A DNA stretch of 23,495 nt from NCBI GenBank assembly GCA_045863395.1, contig BTVJ01000106.1, positions 1 through 23,495 on the forward strand, given 5' to 3'. Shown piece by piece: positions 18,487-23,495 of the stretch. The stretch is from Myxococcales bacterium (GTDB lineage: Bacteria; Myxococcota_A; UBA9042; JABWCM01; BTVJ01). The first letter of the stretch is position 1. The number at the start of each line of letters is the position of its first letter. The position numbers and the translations under genes are program-made. The notes beneath the pieces were generated by a model that saw only the letters and a list, made by a program, of their open reading frames with translations, searched no databases and was not told where the DNA came from.

Positions 18487-19421
18487 TGCTGGAGAACCGG
18501 CTCCGAAAGCGCTGGCGCCACCTCCGCCGCTGGGCGGAGCGGGAGGGCGTGACGGCGTGGCGCCTGTATGACCGGGACATCCCCGAGATTCCCCTGGCCA
18601 TCGACCTCTATGGTTCGCTCGCGCACGTGCAGCTCTACCGGCGCGGGCGCTCGGCGGAGGCGGACGACGCTCTCTGCGAGGAGGCGCGTGCTGCGCTGGG
18701 TGTGGTCGCTGGCATCGCCCCGGAGGACGTCTACGTCAAGGCCCGGGAGCGGCGCCCGGGCCAGTGGCAGTATGACAAGGTCGGCGAGAGCGCCCGCGAG
18801 ACCATCGTCGAGGAGTACGGCCACCGGTTCATCGTCAACCTCTCGGACTACCTGGACACCGGGCTCTTCCTCGACCACCGCCTGACCCGCCGCCTGGTGG
18901 GGGAGCTGGCCCGCGGGGCGCGCTTCCTCAACCTCTTCGCCTATACGGGCGCATTCACGGTGCACGCGGCCCGAGGCGGCGCCACGGAGACCACGACGGT
19001 GGACCTCTCCAACACCTACCTGGCGTGGGCGCGCCGCAACTTCACGCTCAATGGCCTGGGTCAAGAGCACCGCCTGGTGCGTAGCGACGTGTTCCGCTTT
19101 CTGGAAGAGGCGCCCGGGCGCCGCTGGGACCTCATCGTGCTCGACCCGCCGACGGTCTCGACCTCCAAGGCCATGGACTTCAAGTTCGACGTCCAGACGG
19201 GGCAAGGGAGGCTGCTGCGCGCGGCCCTCGCGGCGCTGGCGCCCGGCGGAACCCTCGTGTTCTCCAACAACTTCAGGGCGTTCCGCATGGACCCGGCGGC
19301 ACTCTCCTCTTGCACCATCGAGGAGATCACCGCCCGGACCATCCCGCCCGACTTCCGCGACGCCTCCGTTCATCGCTGCTGGCTGATCCGTCACCTTGCC
19401 ACACCAGCGAGGCGGGGCTAA
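18486..19421 (+). CDS. rlmK: Stand-alone RlmK-like 23S rRNA methyltransferase (C-terminal half of RlmKL)
   Basis: NRLRK..RHLRRWA.REG..AWRLYDRDIPE, VNLSDYLDTGLFLDHR, FLNLFAYTG.F.VHAA.GGA..TT.VDLSNTYL.W, DPPT.S.SK.M, FSNN.R.F and DF....HRCW. TGATG coupling. Confidence 0.85.
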   Translation: MLENRLRKRWRHLRRWAEREGVTAWRLYDRDIPEIPLAIDLYGSLAHVQLYRRGRSAEADDALCEEARAALGVVAGIAPEDVYVKARERRPGQWQYDKVGESARETIVEEYGHRFIVNLSDYLDTGLFLDHRLTRRLVGELARGARFLNLFAYTGAFTVHAARGGATETTTVDLSNTYLAWARRNFTLNGLGQEHRLVRSDVFRFLEEAPGRRWDLIVLDPPTVSTSKAMDFKFDVQTGQGRLLRAALAALAPGGTLVFSNNFRAFRMDPAALSSCTIEEITARTIPPDFRDASVHRCWLIRHLATPARRG

Positions 19422-19448
19422 GCTCACGCTCTCCGCGGGAGGTGGACC

Positions 19449-20033
19449 ATGAGGGACCTCGTAGTGATCGTAGCCTTGCTCGCGTGCGCGGCGTGCGGCC
19501 CCAAGTACGTGCGCGGCTCCGAGGACAAGACCATCGACAACCCGGCCATGAGCACGGGGCTCGACAAGCGCGACCTGGAGCAGCTCCTCGACCAGAGCAT
19601 GGCGTCCATGATGGAGTCGGCGGTGGTCAAGGGCTGGCCGTCGCTGCCCGAGCCGCCCGTGGTCGCCATCTTCCCCATCGCCAACGAGACGAGTGAGCAC
19701 GTGGGCGGCCAGCTCAAGGCGCTGCTCTCGAAGATCGAGACCCGCCTGGTCAATGGGGGGTACGCACAGGTCGTCAGCCAGGAGACCCAGGACGCCCTCA
19801 TCGAGCAGATCCAGAAGCAGCAGGGCGGCGCCTTCGACAAGTCGCGGGCGGCCCAGGTCGGCAAGCAGCTCGGCGCCCGCTTCTACGTCACGGGCAAGGT
19901 CTACGACGCCGCGGAGCGGACGTCCGACGCCCGGCGCGTCCAGTACTTCCTCACCATGCAGATCCTCGACGTCGAGACGGGCACCATCCGTTGGCAGAAC
20001 GAAGCCGAGCTCACCAAGGCGCTGGTCCGCTGA
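19449..20033 (+). CDS. LpoB-like (penicillin-binding protein activator / CsgG-HfaB-like fold) lipoprotein
   Basis: GGAGG RBS and lipobox ACAA-C. Motifs IANETSEHV, FDKSRAAQVGKQLGA and YFLTMQILDVETGTIRW. Confidence 0.75.
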   Translation: MRDLVVIVALLACAACGPKYVRGSEDKTIDNPAMSTGLDKRDLEQLLDQSMASMMESAVVKGWPSLPEPPVVAIFPIANETSEHVGGQLKALLSKIETRLVNGGYAQVVSQETQDALIEQIQKQQGGAFDKSRAAQVGKQLGARFYVTGKVYDAAERTSDARRVQYFLTMQILDVETGTIRWQNEAELTKALVR

Positions 20034-21358
20034 TCCTCGCCCTGGCGCTGGCGGGGTGCGGCGGCTACGTCAAGACGGTGGCGTCCATGAACCGGGCGGT
20101 GGCGGCCGGCGACCTGGAGCGCGCGGTGGCCGAGGTGTCGCGGGAGCTGGACACGAGCCCCGACGCGCTCCCCGACACCCTGACGGGGGACAAGCCGCTC
20201 CTGCTGCTGGAGCGCGGCACGCTGCGCTACGCGGCCCAAGAGCACGAGCGGTCGTCCGCCGACCTGGAGACCGCCGACAAGCACCTGGAGCTGCTCGATC
20301 TGACCGACGACACGGCGGGGGACATCGGGCGGTTCCTGTTCTCGGACGACTCGAAGGTCTACGTGGCGCCCCCCTTCGAGAAGCTGATGCTCAGCACCCT
20401 GAACCTGATCAACTACCTGACCCGGGGCGATCTCGAGGGGGCCCGCGTCGAGACGCGGCGACTGCGTATCACGCAGCAGGCGGTCGCCGCTTCGCACGGG
20501 GAGGTCGCCGCCCGCACCGGCATCGGGAGCTATGTCGCGGGCTTCGCCCTGGAGCACTCCGGCGAGGCGGACGAGGCGCTCCGCTGCTACGACGAGGCCC
20601 TGGGGGTGCGGCCCTTCCCCTCCCTCGCCGTGCCCGCGTCTGGGCTGGCGCGGCGCACGGCCTGGCGGGGCGAGCACGTCGCCAAGGTGCTCGCCGAGGC
20701 CCCGCCGCCCGACGAGAGCGGAGACCTGCTCGTCGTCGTGGGCCTGGGCCGCGTCCCCCACAAGGAGGCCATGCGCGTCCCCATCGGCCTCGCGCTCACG
20801 TGGGCCGCCGCGGTGACGGGCAGCCACGCCATGACGCCCGAGGCCCAGGCCCAGGCGGCCTCCCTGGCGGCCCGCGGGCTCGTGACCTGGGTGATGTTCC
20901 CGACCCTCGAGCCCACCCCGACGCGCTTCGACACGGTCGCCCTGGGGGTCGGCGGCGCTCCGGTGGAGCTGGAGCTCGCCGCAGACCTGGGAGAAGAGGC
21001 GGTGGCCAGCTTCGACGCCATGCGGGGCCTGCTCATCGGCTCCGCCATCACGCGCACCGTCACCCGGGTGCTCGCCGGCCTCGCCGCCGAGGAGGGCGCG
21101 AAGGCGGGCGGCAGCAAGAACGGCCTGGCGCTGCTCCTCGGCCTCGCCGTCCAGGGGGGCCTCGCCGCCGCCGACACGCCGGACACCCGGAGCTGGGTGA
21201 CCCTGCCCCGCGCCTTCTTCGTAGGTAGGACGCGGGTCCCTGCGGGTCCCACACGGGTGGAGCTGCGCGCGAGCGGAGACGGCGCCCTGACCCTCTCCCG
21301 CGACGTGAATGTCCCTGCCGGTGGCTTCCGCGTCGTGGCGCTCACGGTGCTCCAGTGA
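19991..21358 (+). CDS. COG3014-like TPR lipoprotein (start codon uncertain)
   Basis: Lipobox LALAG-C. Motifs LLLLERGTL, Y...PFEKLML..L...NYL..GDLEGARVE.RR, VVVGLG.VP.K and ADTPDTRSWVTLP. Proteins of this type are commonly encoded next to LpoB-like genes. Confidence 0.75.
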   Translation: MAERSRAHQGAGPLILALALAGCGGYVKTVASMNRAVAAGDLERAVAEVSRELDTSPDALPDTLTGDKPLLLLERGTLRYAAQEHERSSADLETADKHLELLDLTDDTAGDIGRFLFSDDSKVYVAPPFEKLMLSTLNLINYLTRGDLEGARVETRRLRITQQAVAASHGEVAARTGIGSYVAGFALEHSGEADEALRCYDEALGVRPFPSLAVPASGLARRTAWRGEHVAKVLAEAPPPDESGDLLVVVGLGRVPHKEAMRVPIGLALTWAAAVTGSHAMTPEAQAQAASLAARGLVTWVMFPTLEPTPTRFDTVALGVGGAPVELELAADLGEEAVASFDAMRGLLIGSAITRTVTRVLAGLAAEEGAKAGGSKNGLALLLGLAVQGGLAAADTPDTRSWVTLPRAFFVGRTRVPAGPTRVELRASGDGALTLSRDVNVPAGGFRVVALTVLQ

Positions 21359-21876
21359 TCCTGGCCATCTCGCGTGCCTGGGACGGGGAGGAGGCTCCAT
21401 CTTGGGAGCACGCCCTCGTGACCATTGCCCAGTTGGGGAGCGGCCTCGACGTCCGAGTGGACGCCCCGCTGCACGGCGACCCGCCCCCACCGAGCGCCCC
21501 GGGCCCCACGTGGGGGCTCTGGGAGCACGAGGTGGTGGAGCTGTTCGTCGCCGGGGGCGAGCACTACACGGAGCTGGAGGTCGGCCCCCACGGCCACTAC
21601 CTGCTCCTGCGGCTGGCGGGGCGCAGAGCCGTGGTCGAGCGGTGCGCGCTGGAGGTCGCGGTGCAGCAGGCTGGTGACCGCTGGACCGCGTCGTGCCGTC
21701 TGAGCGGGGACGTCCTGCCGCCCCGCCCCTGGACCGTAAACGCCTACGCGATCCACGGGGTGGGCGCGGCGCGGCGCTACCTGGCCTGGGCGCCCGTCCC
21801 CGGCCCGGCGCCCGACTTCCACCGGCTGGAGTGCTTTCGGTCGATCAGCGAGTGTGGCGGACCCACGCCCCGGTGA
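21355..21876 (+). CDS. UPF0462/C4orf33-like protein (DOMON/CBM9-like beta-sandwich)
   Basis: GTGA overlap. Motifs WDG, APLHGDPP, LWEHEVVELF, YTELEVGPHGHYLLLRLAGRR, NAYAIHG and PDFHRLECF resemble the eukaryotic C4orf33 family as I recall it. Confidence 0.75.
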   Translation: MILAISRAWDGEEAPSWEHALVTIAQLGSGLDVRVDAPLHGDPPPPSAPGPTWGLWEHEVVELFVAGGEHYTELEVGPHGHYLLLRLAGRRAVVERCALEVAVQQAGDRWTASCRLSGDVLPPRPWTVNAYAIHGVGAARRYLAWAPVPGPAPDFHRLECFRSISECGGPTPR

Positions 21877-22411
21877 GGGCGACCCACTGAAGGTCCTTCG
21901 GGTCGACCGGCATGGCGCCGACCACGATGCCTACCACCCGCGCCCCGTCGTCCAGGATGTGGATGTCCGGCCCGAAGCGGGTCGCGCGCAGGCCCTCGGC
22001 GAGCTGCAGCGTCGCGGCCGCGGGCCACTCCACCGCGCCGCCCAGCGACTTGGGGTCTCCGTCGGGCAGCGCCGTACCCAGGCTCACCGGGAAGTTGGTG
22101 CGGTTGTCGAACCAGGACCCACCGAGCCACGCGATGGCGCCAACCTTGCCGTCCTCCACCAGGAGCACGGCGGTGGTGTCGGCGGTGAACGCGCGCTTGC
22201 ACCCTTTGGCGCCGAAGATCACGACCTTCCGGGCGGCCGCCTCGCTCATGGAGCAGGGCTCGCCGTAGGCCTCACGCGCCCGCACCTCGGCGAGCGGCTG
22301 CCCGACGCTGATGCCATCGACCGGGTACTCGCGTCCGGCGCGCGGCGGCGGCTCCATGGCGGCGCCGATGGTGGGCGCGAGGACCAGACCCAGGAACAGG
22401 ACGCGGAACAT
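21845..22411 (-). CDS. Secreted hypothetical protein
   Basis: GGAGGT RBS and signal peptide MFRVLFLGLVLAPTIGAA. Its 3' end overlaps the convergent gene by 32 nt. Confidence 0.7.
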   Translation of the reverse strand: MFRVLFLGLVLAPTIGAAMEPPPRAGREYPVDGISVGQPLAEVRAREAYGEPCSMSEAAARKVVIFGAKGCKRAFTADTTAVLLVEDGKVGAIAWLGGSWFDNRTNFPVSLGTALPDGDPKSLGGAVEWPAAATLQLAEGLRATRFGPDIHILDDGARVVGIVVGAMPVDPKDLQWVALTGAWVRHTR

Positions 22412-22479
22412 GGCTCACCTCCATCGTCGGCGACTCATCATAGGGCGGCGGCGGCGCCGAAGACAACGCCCCGGCATGC

Positions 22480-22493
22480 TTGACCTGGATCAA
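22480..22493. promoter_or_regulatory. FNR/CRP-family binding box 1 (TTGAC-CTGG-ATCAA)
   Basis: 9/10 match to the FNR consensus TTGAT-N4-ATCAA, in an intergenic position. Confidence 0.75.
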
Positions 22494-22501
22494 CACCCAC
22501 C

Positions 22502-22515
22502 TTGACGGCCATCAA
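22502..22515. promoter_or_regulatory. FNR/CRP-family binding box 2 (TTGAC-GGCC-ATCAA), class II position
   Basis: 9/10 match with extended symmetry CC-TTGA...TCAA-GG. A TACCGT -10-like hexamer at 22538-22543 places the box centre near -41.5. Confidence 0.8.
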
Positions 22516-22604
22516 GGCTGCACCACCCTGAAGCGCGTACCGTCGAGTGCGAGCCCGCCCGCCATGGACGGACACCCCCAAGCTCCTCGGAGGTCTCGCC
22601 CCCA

Positions 22605-23399
22605 ATGTCCCCCGATGTCCCGAGCCAGCCTCGCGTCCGCCGACTCGACATCCGCGTCCGCCGCGTCATGGGGGCCGACGGCGGCGACACGGTCGACCTC
22701 GCGGTATACTGCCCCTTCGAGGGCCGCGTCCTGCCGCTCAATGACTGCGCGCGCTGCGCATCTTGTCAGACCATCTCCATCGATCCATCGGAGCGCGACT
22801 CCTTCCTGATCTGCGCCCGAGGCGACCAGCCGGAGGGCGTCCATCGCCACGTGGCGCGCTTCAGCGCACCGGCGGACAGCACCACGTTCGCTGCCCGGGT
22901 GACCCACGTGGGAGACATCATGACGCGCACGGTCGTGTGCGTGCGGCCCGACGTGACCGTCGACGCGGTGCTGGAGTTCCTGCTCTCCAAGCAGCTCACG
23001 GCGGTCCCCGTGGTGGACGAAGCCGGGCAGCCCATCGGCGTCCTCTCCAAGACCGACCTGCTCGGGGAGCTGTTCCAGCGCGGCGAGACCAGCGAGGAGT
23101 CGGCGCCGCTCCGCGTCCAGACCCGGGACGGCTACGAGGTGGAGCTGGGCCCGGGCTACCACCTGGACCGGACCCACCGGACCACGGTCGGCGACATCAT
23201 GACCCCGCTGGTGTTCTCCGTCCCGGAGACGGCGACCGTCGCCGAGGCGTCGGCGCTGATGGCCTACGAGGGCGTCCACCGCCTGGTCGTCGTCAGCAAG
23301 GAGAACCGCGTCGCCGGCATCATCTCCTCCATGGACGTCCTCCGCTGGGTGGCCCGCCAGTCGGGCTACGTCCTGCCGCTGGACCCGCCGACCTCCTGA
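22605..23399 (+). CDS. CBS-domain pair protein with an N-terminal cysteine cluster
   Basis: Two CBS motifs (VGDIMTR...AVPVVDEAGQPIGVLSKTDLL and VGDIMTP...VHRLVVV...VAGIISSMDVL). N-terminal C-x11-C-x2-C-x2-C-x15-C. GGAGG RBS. Confidence 0.88.
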   Translation: MSPDVPSQPRVRRLDIRVRRVMGADGGDTVDLAVYCPFEGRVLPLNDCARCASCQTISIDPSERDSFLICARGDQPEGVHRHVARFSAPADSTTFAARVTHVGDIMTRTVVCVRPDVTVDAVLEFLLSKQLTAVPVVDEAGQPIGVLSKTDLLGELFQRGETSEESAPLRVQTRDGYEVELGPGYHLDRTHRTTVGDIMTPLVFSVPETATVAEASALMAYEGVHRLVVVSKENRVAGIISSMDVLRWVARQSGYVLPLDPPTS

Positions 23400-23443
23400 G
23401 CTCCCGACAGAGACCCGACGGGCGCTGGCACTCCGGTTGACAG

Positions 23444-23474
23444 AAACAAAAAAGGCCAGCGTTTCCGCTGGCCT
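23444..23474 (-). terminator. Rho-independent terminator downstream of the tRNA
   Basis: On the minus strand AGGCCAGCG-GAAA-CGCTGGCCT forms a 9-bp stem with a GNRA loop, followed by a U-rich tract (TTTTTGTTT). Confidence 0.85.
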
Positions 23475-23477
23475 CTC

Positions 23478-23495
23478 TGGTGGGCGATGCAGGAT
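23478..23495 (-). tRNA. 3' end of a tRNA gene (probably tRNA-Val), truncated by the window edge
   Basis: The minus strand reads ATCCTGC-ATCGCCC-A-CCA: T-arm 3' side, acceptor strand, discriminator A and encoded CCA, followed immediately by a terminator. The acceptor implies 5' GGGCGAT, typical of tRNA-Val. The anticodon is not visible. Confidence 0.75.

Overview
Very GC-rich bacterial chromosomal window, most consistent with Myxococcota/deltaproteobacteria (inferred from the Cys-rich lipoprotein repertoire and composition). It holds about 17 credible CDSs, 15 of them on the + strand. In order: a 5'-truncated Cys-repeat protein and a coupled lipoprotein, a GMC oxidoreductase with a small partner, a lipoprotein penicillin-acylase-family Ntn hydrolase, an aldo/keto reductase, a degenerate STAND-like ATPase-TPR protein, a minus-strand PQQ-like beta-propeller protein, and class I fructose-bisphosphate aldolase (fbaB). 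A tightly packed six-gene run follows: small Cys-rich lipoprotein, ~1485-aa Cys-repeat/RTX lipoprotein, stand-alone RlmK-like methyltransferase, LpoB-like lipoprotein, COG3014-like lipoprotein and a C4orf33/UPF0462-like protein. The window ends with a minus-strand secreted hypothetical, a CBS-pair protein, and the 3' end of a minus-strand tRNA (probably Val) with its terminator. The most notable non-coding signals are a lone, perfect XerD-arm sequence (TTATGTAAACT, 8182-8192) with no XerC arm, and two tandem FNR-type boxes in class II promoter geometry upstream of the Cys-cluster/CBS gene. No mobile element or CRISPR array was seen. All family calls are from motif recognition only; no database searches were run.
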